A stretch of DNA of 64,000 nt from positions 2,528,001 through 2,592,000 of the forward strand of contig CAWJSJ010000002.1 in assembly GCA_963845565.1 (NCBI GenBank), read 5' to 3'. A program made the translations under genes and the position numbers. The DNA is from an uncultured Methylomirabilota bacterium (GTDB taxonomy: Bacteria; Methylomirabilota; Methylomirabilia; Methylomirabilales; 2-02-FULL-66-22). This document shows positions 49,205-59,015 of the stretch, in pieces; the first letter of the stretch is position 1, and each line of letters starts with the position of its first letter. A model generated the notes under the pieces. That model was not told the origin of the DNA and searched no databases. It was given only the letters and a program-made list of their open reading frames with translations.

Positions 49205-50011
49205 ATGAGCATCCTGGAGACCATTCTCAGCCGGACGCGGTCCGACCTGGCGGACCGGCGCGTGCGCGTGCCGCTCGCCGAGATCCAGGCCCGGTGCCGG
49301 GACCGCGCCCCCGCGCGGGATTTCCGCCGCGCGGTGCGACGGGAGGCGGGACAGGACACGCGTCGCCGGGGTGCCCTGCGCGTCATTGCCGAGATCAAAC
49401 AGGCCTCTCCGTCGCGCGGCGTGATCCGGCCCGGGTTCGATCCGGTCGCCCTGGCGCGGGCCTATGGTGCGGCCGGCGCGCAGGCGATCTCCGTGCTGAC
49501 CGACGCCCCGTTCTTTCAGGGGAGCCTGGACCACCTCGCCGCCGTGCGTGACGCCGTCGAGGTGCCGCTGCTCCGCAAGGACTTTCACGTGGACCCCTAC
49601 CAGGTCTGGGAGGCGCGGGCGGCCGGGGCGGATGCGGTCCTGCTGATCGTGGCGGCGCTGCCGGCCGGGCAGCTCCAGGACCTGCTGGGACTCAGCCGCG
49701 AGCTGGGCCTCGGGGTCCTGGTCGAGGTCCACACCTGGCCGGAGTTGGACGTCGCGATGGCGTCCGGCGCGGATCTGATCGGGATCAACAACCGGGACCT
49801 GCAGCGGTTCGTCGTCTCGCTGGAGACGACGTTCGCGCTCCTCCCGCTGGTGCCGGCCGCGACCGTCCTGGTGAGCGAGAGCGGCATCACCGAGCCCGCG
49901 CAGGTCGCCCGGCTGACTGCCGCCGGGGCGGACGCCATCCTGGTCGGCGAGGGTCTGCTGCGTCATCCCGATGTGGGCGAGGCGCTCCGGCGGCTCCGCG
50001 ACACGCCATGA
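49205..50011 (+). CDS. trpC: Indole-3-glycerol phosphate synthase
   Basis: IAEIKQASPS, SVLTD, LRKDF, GINNRDL, SESGI. Confidence 0.96.
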   Translation: MSILETILSRTRSDLADRRVRVPLAEIQARCRDRAPARDFRRAVRREAGQDTRRRGALRVIAEIKQASPSRGVIRPGFDPVALARAYGAAGAQAISVLTDAPFFQGSLDHLAAVRDAVEVPLLRKDFHVDPYQVWEARAAGADAVLLIVAALPAGQLQDLLGLSRELGLGVLVEVHTWPELDVAMASGADLIGINNRDLQRFVVSLETTFALLPLVPAATVLVSESGITEPAQVARLTAAGADAILVGEGLLRHPDVGEALRRLRDTP

Positions 50012-50628
50012 CGCGCGTCAAGATCTGCGGCATCACCTCCCCCGAGGACGCCGCCGCCGCCGTCGAGGCCGGGGCGGATGCGGTGGGATTGGTCTTCGTC
50101 CCCGGGACCCCGCGCGTCGTAACGCCGGAGCGCGCAGCGCTCATCGTCGAGCGGCTCCCCCCCTTGGTGGCGACGGTGGGGGTCTTCGTGGATCGGCCAT
50201 TAGCGGAGGTATGCCGAATCGTCGCGCTGCTGCGGCTCAGTGCGGTCCAGCTGCACGGCCACGAGGACGAGGCATTCAGCCGCGGCGTGCCCGTCCCCGT
50301 GATCCGGGCGCTGCGGGTGCGGGACGCGGCCAGCCTGCAGCCGCTGGCCGGCTACCCGGCCCACGCGTTCCTGCTGGACGCGTACGTCGAGGGGCAGCCG
50401 GGCGGGACGGGGCGGGCCATTCCATGGGGGTTGGCGCTGGAGGCCAAGGGGACGCGGCCCATCATCCTCTCGGGGGGGCTGCGCCCCGAGACGGTGGCCG
50501 AGGCCGTCCGGTTCGTCCGCCCCTACGGCGTCGACGTGAGCAGCGGTGTCGAGCATTCCCCCGGACGGAAGGATCACCGGAAAGTGAGGGAGTTCATTGT
50601 CAACGTCCGCCAAGCCGATCTCGGTTGA
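50008..50628 (+). CDS. trpF: Phosphoribosylanthranilate isomerase
   Basis: [24 protein letters not shown]. Confidence 0.96.
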   Translation: MTRVKICGITSPEDAAAAVEAGADAVGLVFVPGTPRVVTPERAALIVERLPPLVATVGVFVDRPLAEVCRIVALLRLSAVQLHGHEDEAFSRGVPVPVIRALRVRDAASLQPLAGYPAHAFLLDAYVEGQPGGTGRAIPWGLALEAKGTRPIILSGGLRPETVAEAVRFVRPYGVDVSSGVEHSPGRKDHRKVREFIVNVRQADLG

Positions 50629-51841
50629 CCGGTCCGACAGCTCACCCCCCGACGCCCTCGGCCACTTCGGGCCCTACGGCGGGCGCTACGTGCCCGAGAC
50701 CCTCATGGCCGCGCTGGAGGCGCTGACGGCGGGGTACGAGGCTGCCCGGACGGATCCGCAGTTCCAGGAAGAGCTCGCGTCGACGCTCCGCCATTACGTG
50801 GGACGCCCCACGCCGCTCTACTTCGCCCGTCGCCTGAGCGAGCGGCTCGGCGGCCCCCGGATCTACCTGAAGCGCGAGGACCTCTGTCACACCGGCGCCC
50901 ACAAGATCAATAACACCGTGGGACAGATCCTCCTGGCGCGACGCCTCGGCAAGGCGCGGGTGATCGCCGAGACGGGGGCGGGGCAGCATGGGGTGGCGAC
51001 GGCCACCGTGGCGGCGCTCCTCGGACTCCGGTGCGAGGTCTATATGGGCACCGAGGACATGCGGCGCCAGGCCCTCAACGTGGTCCGGATGCGCCTGCTG
51101 GGGGCCACGGTCACGGGGGTGGATTCCGGCAGCCGCACCCTGAAGGACGCCATCAACGAGGCCATGCGCGACTGGGTCACCAACGTGGACACCACGCACT
51201 ACGTGCTGGGCTCCGTGCTCGGGGCGGACCCCTACCCCCGCATGGTGCGAGACTTCCAGGCCATCATCGGAGACGAGGCACGCCGCCAGATCCTGGAAGC
51301 CGAAGGGCGGCTGCCGGATTGCCTGGTGGCCTGCGTGGGCGGCGGAAGCAACTCCATCGGGCTGTTCTTCCGGTTCCTCGGCGATGCGGGGGTGCGCATG
51401 ATCGGCGTCGAGGCGGGCGGACTGGGGATCGCATCGGGCCGGCATGCGGCGCGTTTTGCGGAGAAGACCGTGGGCATCCTCCACGGGACGCGCAGCTACC
51501 TGCTCCAGGATCCGGACGGGCAGATCCGGGTCACGCACTCCATCTCGGCCGGGCTGGACTACTCCGGCGTGGGGCCCGAACACGCCTATCACCACGACGC
51601 GGGCCGCATCGAGTACACGGCGGTGACGGACGCGGAGGCGCTGGCGGGATTCCGGCTCCTCTGCGAGACGGAAGGGATCATTCCGGCCCTGGAATCGGCT
51701 CACGCGGTCGCCCACCTGACGACGATGGCGCGGGAGTTCTCGCCCCGCCAGGTGGTCGTTCTCAACCTGTCCGGGCGCGGCGACAAGGACGTCGAGGTAG
51801 CCGCCGCCGCGCTTGGCCTCGGCGCGGGAGGTGCCGCGTGA
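50597..51841 (+). CDS. trpB: Tryptophan synthase beta chain
   Basis: [35 protein letters not shown] start uncertain. Confidence 0.96.
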   Translation: MSTSAKPISVDRSDSSPPDALGHFGPYGGRYVPETLMAALEALTAGYEAARTDPQFQEELASTLRHYVGRPTPLYFARRLSERLGGPRIYLKREDLCHTGAHKINNTVGQILLARRLGKARVIAETGAGQHGVATATVAALLGLRCEVYMGTEDMRRQALNVVRMRLLGATVTGVDSGSRTLKDAINEAMRDWVTNVDTTHYVLGSVLGADPYPRMVRDFQAIIGDEARRQILEAEGRLPDCLVACVGGGSNSIGLFFRFLGDAGVRMIGVEAGGLGIASGRHAARFAEKTVGILHGTRSYLLQDPDGQIRVTHSISAGLDYSGVGPEHAYHHDAGRIEYTAVTDAEALAGFRLLCETEGIIPALESAHAVAHLTTMAREFSPRQVVVLNLSGRGDKDVEVAAAALGLGAGGAA

Positions 51842-52638
51842 ATCGCAACCGGATCGATCAAGTGTTCGCCCGGCTGAAGGCCCAGGGCCGGAAAGGCCTG
51901 ATTCCGTTCTTGGCGGCCGGCGATCCGTCGCTGGACGTCACGGAGGCCTTGGTCGGCGAGTTCGAGGCGCGCGGCGCGGATATCGTGGAGCTCGGCGTGC
52001 CGTTCTCTGATCCCCTGGCGGACGGTGTCGTGAACCAGCGGGCCTATCAGCGCGCGCTGCACGCCGGGATCAGCCTTCCCCGGATTCTCGAGTCCGTGTC
52101 GCGGATCCGCGCGCGCTCGGACATCCCCATTGTTCTCATGAGCTACATCAACCCCATTCACCGGTACGGGCTGCAACGATTCCCCTCGGCGGCGCGCGAC
52201 GCGGGCGTGGACGGCTTGATCGTGTCGGACTGTCCGCCGGAGGAGATGGGCGAACTGCACGTCGCCCTGACCGGAGCCGGGGTCCATCCGATCCTCCTGA
52301 TCGCCCCGACCAGCCCGGCCCGGCGAATTTCCTTGATTAGCGGGAAAAGCGCCGGATATATTTACTATGTATCGCTGCGCGGGGTGACGGGCCCACGCGA
52401 TCGCTTGCCGGAGGACTTGGCGGTCGGGGTCGGCCGAGTTCGGGTGCTGACGAAGGTTCCCTTGGCCGTTGGCTTCGGTATCTCGACCCCCGAACAGGCG
52501 CGTGCCGTCGCCGAGTTGGCCGACGCGGTGATCGTCGGGTCGGCACTGGTAGCCACCGTCGAGCGGTCGCTGGGCGCGCCCGATCTGGTGGCCCGCGCGG
52601 GCGAGTTCGTGGGGCGCCTCCGGTCGGCGATCGGATGA
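51838..52638 (+). CDS. trpA: Tryptophan synthase alpha chain
   Basis: [28 protein letters not shown]. Confidence 0.96.
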   Translation: MNRNRIDQVFARLKAQGRKGLIPFLAAGDPSLDVTEALVGEFEARGADIVELGVPFSDPLADGVVNQRAYQRALHAGISLPRILESVSRIRARSDIPIVLMSYINPIHRYGLQRFPSAARDAGVDGLIVSDCPPEEMGELHVALTGAGVHPILLIAPTSPARRISLISGKSAGYIYYVSLRGVTGPRDRLPEDLAVGVGRVRVLTKVPLAVGFGISTPEQARAVAELADAVIVGSALVATVERSLGAPDLVARAGEFVGRLRSAIG

Positions 52639-52835
52639 CGGGTCGCGCCGCCGCCTCCCGACTCCCCCCTTACACCAGGCGTCAGCGTCCAGCCAGACCG
52701 CATTCCTGAGTCGTCACAGCCTGGGGTGATCGCCCCGCGTGTACTCCATACGTCGATCTGTCTGCCCGGCGGTGCACCGAGGCGTCCAGGCGCCCCCGGA
52801 CATCGCGACGCAGAAGCCGAGGTGAGGCGCGCGTC

Positions 52836-53351
52836 ATGATCGGACATCTCCGCGGTCGACGGCGGGCGGGAGGCGAGGCGCGTGGATGCCGCGGCGTCAC
52901 CATCGTGGACCTGATCACGATCGGCGTCGTGCTGGCGATCCTGGCGGCGTTTGCCATCCCCGGGTTCAGCCCGGTGGTGCTGCAGTACCGATTGCGCGGT
53001 GCGGCGTGGCAGGTGGCGGGGGACCTGCGGCTGGCCCGCCAACGCGCGGTGACACTCAAGCAGCGGTTCCGGGTGTGTGCCACGAGTTGCGGAATCGCGG
53101 TCCCGGCGGGGGCGTACAGCGTCGAGCGCGACCAGGGAGCGCCGTCGAGCCCCCAGTGGGTCAGCGAGACCGGCGTCGCGACACGCCTTCCCCGGGACGT
53201 GACCGTGAGCGGCGCGGACACGCCGATCTTTGCGGCGAACGGGATGGCCAGCGGCGGCACGTTCACGCTCTCGAATCTCCGGGGGACGTATCAGATCAAG
53301 GTGGCGTCGACGGGGCGTGTCCGCGTGTGCGAGGGGACATGCGCACCGTGA
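52836..53351 (+). CDS. FimT/FimU-like minor pilin
   Basis: Class III signal G|VTIVDL plus hydrophobic helix; DLRLARQRAV; C-terminal GRVR. Confidence 0.8.
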   Translation: MIGHLRGRRRAGGEARGCRGVTIVDLITIGVVLAILAAFAIPGFSPVVLQYRLRGAAWQVAGDLRLARQRAVTLKQRFRVCATSCGIAVPAGAYSVERDQGAPSSPQWVSETGVATRLPRDVTVSGADTPIFAANGMASGGTFTLSNLRGTYQIKVASTGRVRVCEGTCAP

Positions 53352-53920
53352 GGACGCGCGGCCGGCCCGGCCCAGCGGGATTGACGCTGATCGAGTTCCT
53401 CTTTGCCACCTCGGTGATCGCCTTCGTCGGCCTCGGCGTCGCGGGGATGTTTCCGACCGCCTTTCGCTCGGTCCTGGTGGGCGGGCAGATCACGAAGGCC
53501 GCGACCCTGGCCCGATCCATGGCGGAGATGGTCCAGATGGAGCCCTTCGAGACGCTCGCCTGGACGCCGTCGGCGGGAACCCAGTACGCCGGGATCCACG
53601 CCTTCGACACGCGCAGCACATCCCAGGTGCCTCCCAATAGCGCGTGCCCGCCGTCCCTGGGCACGACCTACGACGGACGCAATTCGTACAACAAGCGCAA
53701 GTGGCGGTGCGACATGGAGGGGGAGGGCGCCCAGACCAGCGGGAAGGGTCTGCCGGGCGGATACGGGATCGTGTCCGTGGCCTGCGTCAACCCGGACGGC
53801 ACGGTGAACGGTACAACGCCGTGCCCGACCGACCTGCGGCGGATCGCCATCGAGGTGCGCTGGGACCGTGAGGGGTCGCGCGTCGTGAATGTGGTCACCC
53901 ATGTGCTCCGACCGCAATGA
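53339..53920 (+). CDS. PilV-like minor pilin
   Basis: G|LTLIEFL prepilin motif; operon position. Confidence 0.75.
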   Translation: MRTVRTRGRPGPAGLTLIEFLFATSVIAFVGLGVAGMFPTAFRSVLVGGQITKAATLARSMAEMVQMEPFETLAWTPSAGTQYAGIHAFDTRSTSQVPPNSACPPSLGTTYDGRNSYNKRKWRCDMEGEGAQTSGKGLPGGYGIVSVACVNPDGTVNGTTPCPTDLRRIAIEVRWDREGSRVVNVVTHVLRPQ

Positions 53921-54617
53921 CCGGAGGCTCCGGCGGGGCGACCGCGGGGTCACGCTGCTGGAGGTCCTCATCAGCACCGCCCTGTTTGCCTTCGTCATGG
54001 GCGGCGTGTACCTGCTCTACACCACCATGCTCGGGACGATGAATCGCGGGGAGCTCGCCGCCGATATCCAGCAGAACGCCCGCGTGGGGCTCGGCCGGAT
54101 GGTGCAGGAGATCCAGATGGCCGGCTATGATCCCAGTGGGGCGATCCCGCAGGTCGCCCTGGATCCGAAGGACGCCATCCGGGCGGCGAGTCCGTCCTGC
54201 TTCTCCTTCGTGGCGTACCAGTGGAGCCCGTTGTCCGGTCCGCCGACCGAGGTGAGCTACCAGATTACCTACGATCTCTCCGGGACGACGCTGCGCCGAC
54301 GGGCCGGCGCGTGGGATGCGATCGCGCTGGCATTCGCGGCGGGCGGGGGCGCGCAGCCGCTGGCGGAGAACGTGGATCGACTCGAGTTCACGTACTACGA
54401 CCAGCATGGGCAGACGATCGGCGCGTTACCGTGGGCTTCCACTCATCGGTGCCCGCCGGTGCCCGGGGCGTCGGCGCAGACACTGCCGCAGCTCGACTTC
54501 AAGCAGTTGCGACTGGTGCGGCGTGTCGGCATCACGCTGCGCACACGGGACACGCGGCCGGGCGTGTCGTCCGAATTCTTCACGTTGAGCGCCGATGTGC
54601 ACCTGCGGAATCGCTAG
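53901..54617 (+). CDS. PilW-like minor pilin
   Basis: G|VTLLEVLI; QQNAR..EIQMAGY; C-terminal LRN; start uncertain. Confidence 0.8.
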   Translation: MCSDRNDRRLRRGDRGVTLLEVLISTALFAFVMGGVYLLYTTMLGTMNRGELAADIQQNARVGLGRMVQEIQMAGYDPSGAIPQVALDPKDAIRAASPSCFSFVAYQWSPLSGPPTEVSYQITYDLSGTTLRRRAGAWDAIALAFAAGGGAQPLAENVDRLEFTYYDQHGQTIGALPWASTHRCPPVPGASAQTLPQLDFKQLRLVRRVGITLRTRDTRPGVSSEFFTLSADVHLRNR

Positions 54618-55809
54618 ACAACCTCGCGGCGCCGCCCTGGTCATCGCCATGATGGTGATGGCGGTGCTGCTCTTGGCGGGCACGACGTTCCTGACGATCT
54701 CGTCCACCGAGAGCCAGATCGCGTGGAACGAGCGGGCGGCCACCCAGGCGTTCCTGGTGGCGGAGGCGGCGCTGGCCCGGGCGGCCGCCCGGTTGAGCGT
54801 CAATCCGTCCTACAGCGGGGAAACGAACATCGCCCTCTCGGGCGGGACGGCGAGCATCACGGTGACCGCGGCCGCGCAGCAGCTGTGTGCGACCAATGTC
54901 GGGCGAGACATCACGACGACCGGGCGCGTGACGGTGCAAGGCGGACCGGCCCAGGCCCAACTCCGCGCGACAGTGGACAAGGTGGCATACCCGATGCGCT
55001 GGGCGGCCTATTCCGCGGTGCGAAACGGTGTCGTCGGCTGGATCAACGATCCGGTCCTCGGAGTCCCGGTCGATCGCACCGACAAAGAAGTCTGGTTGCG
55101 AGAGGGCGGCGCCACCGACAGCTTCCATTCGAGCGTCGGACCGTACGATCCCACCGCCAACCGGGCGGATGGAGGGGGTCTTGGCTCCAATGGGGACGTA
55201 TGGCTGAATCCGAACGTGAGAATTCGAGGGGACATCAAGGCCGGGGACACGCTGGTCGTGGAATCGGGGGCGAGCGTCACCGGGGTCAGAGGCCAAGGGG
55301 TGTACACCGAGGGATTTCCCACCGTCACGCCGGCCACGGCGCCGACAACGAGTCTCACCGTGGCGGCAAATGGGACGCAGAACCTCACCGCCGGTGTCTA
55401 CGGCTTCACGACCATGACCCTCGGCGACGACAGCACACTCACGACCAGCGGCGGAATCGTGACCGTTTACGTTGCCGGGCCCGTCGTGGTGGGGAACCGG
55501 GTGACCCTGGGCACGCATCCGGCCACCAACCTTCGCCTCATCGTCAAGAGTGACGGCGGCGACTCGGACTTCACCTCCTTCAAGACCGGAGAGGACTTCA
55601 CGCTGCACGGGAGTCTCTACGGCAGGAATACGGACGTGTTTCTGGGGGATCGCGCCACCATCTTTGGGGCGGTCGTCTCCCGGACGATCGCCGTGGGGTC
55701 GTCGTCGAATCTGCACTACGACGAAGCGATTTCCAGCCAACCGCTGTGCACGGGGCCGAGCGGGAAATACGGGATGCTCCGAGGCACCTGGCGTGAGGTG
55801 ATCCCGTGA
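54595..55809 (+). CDS. PilX-like minor pilin with large C-terminal domain
   Basis: RG|AALVIAM (no Glu5, typical of PilX); AFLVAEAAL; C-terminal WRE. Confidence 0.8.
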   Translation: MCTCGIARQPRGAALVIAMMVMAVLLLAGTTFLTISSTESQIAWNERAATQAFLVAEAALARAAARLSVNPSYSGETNIALSGGTASITVTAAAQQLCATNVGRDITTTGRVTVQGGPAQAQLRATVDKVAYPMRWAAYSAVRNGVVGWINDPVLGVPVDRTDKEVWLREGGATDSFHSSVGPYDPTANRADGGGLGSNGDVWLNPNVRIRGDIKAGDTLVVESGASVTGVRGQGVYTEGFPTVTPATAPTTSLTVAANGTQNLTAGVYGFTTMTLGDDSTLTTSGGIVTVYVAGPVVVGNRVTLGTHPATNLRLIVKSDGGDSDFTSFKTGEDFTLHGSLYGRNTDVFLGDRATIFGAVVSRTIAVGSSSNLHYDEAISSQPLCTGPSGKYGMLRGTWREVIP

Positions 55810-55896
55810 CGATTGCCCCCGGTCCGGCGCGATTTCCACGCGAAGCGGGTTCCGTTCATCCGAAACGGGTCCGCCACCGTCGGCCGGCGCATGAGG

Positions 55897-55912
55897 TGGC
55901 ATAGTCCATGCA
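55897..55912 (+). promoter_or_regulatory. Putative sigma54 -24/-12 promoter upstream of pilM
   Basis: TGGCAT-AGTCC-ATGCA (GG-N10-GC). Confidence 0.4.
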
Positions 55913-56279
55913 TTTTTTGCGGGAGTTGCAACGGATCGCTTTGAGGGTGCCTGAGGTTCGATGCGAAACAGACATGGACTGCAGCCTTTCGGGACGGCAT
56001 CAGAGCCGCGGAAAAACCTGCAGATCGGCGCGGACCTCAGGACAGGAATTGCCTCTTTTGTCGGATTCTTTTGCCGCCGAGAGCGGAGTGAGTTGATGCG
56101 GAAATGGCACGGCGGCACTGAAAGAATGACAGGCGGGACCCGGAATGGCTCCCTGGGACCTTGGACTGGACGAGGCAATCTAAAAAAAGTTTTTCTTGAC
56201 AAATCAACATGTTGTCGGTAAATGGCAGCGTATCTGATAAGGCAGCGAACGTAACTGTCCCATAGAAAAGGACGCAACC

Positions 56280-57341
56280 ATGTTTGGCCTTGGGCGGAGT
56301 ACGAATGCGGTTGGCCTGGACATCGGTGCCAGCTCCGTCAAAGCGGTGCAGATCAAACGGAGCCGGGGGGCGAACGAGTTGGTTCGACTGGGCGTGGCCC
56401 CGCTTCATCCGGAGACTATTGTTGACGGCGTCATCATGGACTCCGGAACGGTCATCTCGGCGATCCAACAGATTTTCACCGAGAACCAGATCAAGACCAA
56501 GGATGTGGTCGTGGCCGTGTCGGGCCACTCGGTGATCGTCAAAAAAGTCCGGATCACCAAGATGAAACCCGAGGAGCTGGAAGAGGCGATTCCCTTCGAG
56601 GCCGAGCAATACGTGCCCTACGCCATCGAGGACGTCAACCTGGATTTCCAGGTCTTGGGGAACACTGATCCCGGTTCGCCCGACATGGACGTCCTGTTGG
56701 TGGCGGTGAAGAAGGACATCATCAACGACTACCTGTCCATCATCTCGACGGCGGGTCTCAATGCCGTGGTGGTGGACGTCGATGCGTTCGCACTCGAGAA
56801 CGCCTTCGAGCTGTCCTACGAGCTGGATCGGGATCAAGTAGTCGGCCTGGTCAATCTGGGCGCCGCGGTGATGAACATCAACATCCTGCAGGGCGGATTC
56901 TCGGAGTTTACCCGGGATTCCCCGCTTGGCGGCAACCGGTACACGGAGTCGATTCAAAAGATGCTCGGGCTGAGCTACGAGCAGGCGGAAATGCTGAAGC
57001 TCGGGGGGGACGTTGACGGGCGAACGTTCCAGGATGCGCAGCCGGCCATCGACATGGTCAACGCCGAGGTGGCGGGCGAGATCCGGCGTTCCTTCGACTT
57101 CTTCCGGTCCTCGTCGCACAGCGACACGATTCATCGGGTCATCCTGAGCGGCGGGTGCGCGAGGCTCCCCGGCTTGGTGGAGTACCTCTCGGAGAATCTC
57201 GAGATCTCCTTCGAGGTCGCCAATCCGTTGCGCAAGATCAAGGCCGATCCGAAGAAATTCAACCCCGAGCAACTCGAGATGATCGCTCCCCAGTTGGCGG
57301 TCAGCGTGGGGTTGGCCCTCCGGCAGGCTGGAGACAAGTAA
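56280..57341 (+). CDS. pilM: Type IV pilus assembly protein PilM
   Basis: GLDIG..SVK, EAEQYVP, VDVDAFAL, LSGG, VGLALR. Confidence 0.95.
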   Translation: MFGLGRSTNAVGLDIGASSVKAVQIKRSRGANELVRLGVAPLHPETIVDGVIMDSGTVISAIQQIFTENQIKTKDVVVAVSGHSVIVKKVRITKMKPEELEEAIPFEAEQYVPYAIEDVNLDFQVLGNTDPGSPDMDVLLVAVKKDIINDYLSIISTAGLNAVVVDVDAFALENAFELSYELDRDQVVGLVNLGAAVMNINILQGGFSEFTRDSPLGGNRYTESIQKMLGLSYEQAEMLKLGGDVDGRTFQDAQPAIDMVNAEVAGEIRRSFDFFRSSSHSDTIHRVILSGGCARLPGLVEYLSENLEISFEVANPLRKIKADPKKFNPEQLEMIAPQLAVSVGLALRQAGDK

Positions 57342-57342
57342 C

Positions 57343-57891
57343 ATGATCAAGATCAATCTCCTCCCGCGCGAAGAGCGGAAACGGCGCACCCAGGTCAGTC
57401 CTGCCGTCCTGTTGGGAGTCCTGGGCGCGGTGGTCGTCGTCCTGGCGATGGGGTACGGGTGGTACTGGTTGAACGGCGAAGTGAATCGGCTCCAGTCGGA
57501 CATCCAGGCGACCCAGGCCGAGCTGAGGCGCTTCGAGGAGCTGGCCAAGCAGGTGGACAAGTTCCAGGCAGAGAAGAAACGCCTCGAAGAGAAGATCAAG
57601 GTCATCGAGACGCTGGTGGTGGCTCAGGGCGGCCCGGTCCGGCTGCTGGACGAGGTGAGTAAAGCCCTGCCGAACGAGGTCTGGTTGACGACCTTCAACC
57701 GGGTGGGCAAGCGGCTGGAGATCGGGGGGATCGCCTTCTCCAACTTCAGCGTGGCCAATTTCATGACCAACCTGGGGGCGTCCGCGCTGATTGCGAACGT
57801 TGACCTGGTCGTGTCGGAGAAGGCCGTGGTGGAGCAGGTTCCCGTGGAGCGGTTCAACATCACGATGGACGTCAAAGACGGCAAGGGCTAG
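57343..57891 (+). CDS. pilN: Type IV pilus assembly protein PilN
   Basis: MIKINLLP, TM helix, coiled coil, P..VWL. Confidence 0.93.
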   Translation: MIKINLLPREERKRRTQVSPAVLLGVLGAVVVVLAMGYGWYWLNGEVNRLQSDIQATQAELRRFEELAKQVDKFQAEKKRLEEKIKVIETLVVAQGGPVRLLDEVSKALPNEVWLTTFNRVGKRLEIGGIAFSNFSVANFMTNLGASALIANVDLVVSEKAVVEQVPVERFNITMDVKDGKG

Positions 57892-57904
57892 ACCGGAGGG
57901 AACC

Positions 57905-58513
57905 ATGGCCCTCGATTTCAAGAGCTACTTCGGCAACATTCCCAGGAGACAGCTCTATCTCCTGATCGGCGTCGTGGGGGGCGGCATCCTGGCGGCATAT
58001 GCCTATTTCCTCATAATGCCGCTCTGGGAAGAAAAGGGCAAACACGAAGCCGCGCTCCAGAAGCTGCAAGCCGACCTGCAGCAGAAGCAGCTCATCGCGG
58101 CCAATCGGCCCAAACTGGAAGCGGAGATCAAGGCACTGGAGAAGCAACTGGCAGACGCCTTGGTTCGGTTGCCGGAAGAGAAAGACATTCCCAAGTTGTT
58201 GACCCAAGTGAACACGCTGGGTCAGCAGAACGGGCTCGATTTCCTCCTCTTCCGCCCGACCGCGCCGGTCAAGAAGGGGTTCTATGCCGAGGTGCCCATC
58301 GAGATGCGCGTTGAGGCGACCTACCATACCCTGGGCAGTTTCCTGGACCGGGTGAGCAAGCTCGAGCGCATCGTGAACGTCTCGGATATCAAGATCGCTC
58401 CCTTGGCGGCGAGCCAGGTTCAGCGCAGCGGCCGAAGCGTCGTGGCCGAGCTGAAGGCGACGACGTTCACGTTCCTGGAGAAGGGAGGGTCTGCCAGTGC
58501 GCCCGCGAAATAG
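57905..58513 (+). CDS. pilO: Type IV pilus assembly protein PilO
   Basis: TM, coiled coil, LP...IP.LL, FYAEVPI, YH..G.F, RIV. Confidence 0.92.
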   Translation: MALDFKSYFGNIPRRQLYLLIGVVGGGILAAYAYFLIMPLWEEKGKHEAALQKLQADLQQKQLIAANRPKLEAEIKALEKQLADALVRLPEEKDIPKLLTQVNTLGQQNGLDFLLFRPTAPVKKGFYAEVPIEMRVEATYHTLGSFLDRVSKLERIVNVSDIKIAPLAASQVQRSGRSVVAELKATTFTFLEKGGSASAPAK

Positions 58514-59012
58514 ACAGACCGTCCTCGGTGTGTTCGCCCTGCTGGTGCTGGTCGGCGTGAGCGTCAGCGGATGCTCGGACAGCGGCACCCCCAGCGTACC
58601 AGGTCCGTCACGTCCGGCCCCGGCAGCGGCCGCCAAGCCTGCGGCACCCGCGCCGCCCCCGGCACCCGCGCCGCCCCCCTTCAGCTACGAGGCCAAAGGG
58701 CGTCGCGACCCCTTCCGTCCTTTGATCGCGCCGCGAACCGAGGTGGTTCGCACCCGTCCCAAGACCGGGCTGGCGGCGCTGGAACCCAAGGAACTGAAGC
58801 TGACCGGAATCATTTGGGGTGGGCGTGGTTTTTACGCGCTGGTGGAGGCGCCCAACGGGGCAGGGTATGTCGTTCGCGTGAATGATGTGGTTGGGGAGAA
58901 CGCTCGCGTGGCCAAGATCACGTCGGATGTGGTGACCTTCGAGGAGCGGATGGGTCCTGTGCCGCAGTCTCAGGCACGTCTCGTCGAGCTTCGGCTCAGG
59001 AAGGAGGAATAG
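58497..59012 (+). CDS. pilP: Type IV pilus assembly lipoprotein PilP
   Basis: Lipobox VSGC, RRDPF, L.GII, ALV. Confidence 0.88.
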   Translation: MRPRNRQTVLGVFALLVLVGVSVSGCSDSGTPSVPGPSRPAPAAAAKPAAPAPPPAPAPPPFSYEAKGRRDPFRPLIAPRTEVVRTRPKTGLAALEPKELKLTGIIWGGRGFYALVEAPNGAGYVVRVNDVVGENARVAKITSDVVTFEERMGPVPQSQARLVELRLRKEE

Positions 59013-59015
59013 GGC

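Noticed and set aside
55960..56045. c-di-GMP-I riboswitch before pilM
   Set aside because: Only a GGGACG fragment resembles it; the GAAA tetraloop stem and GCAAAGCC junction are missing.
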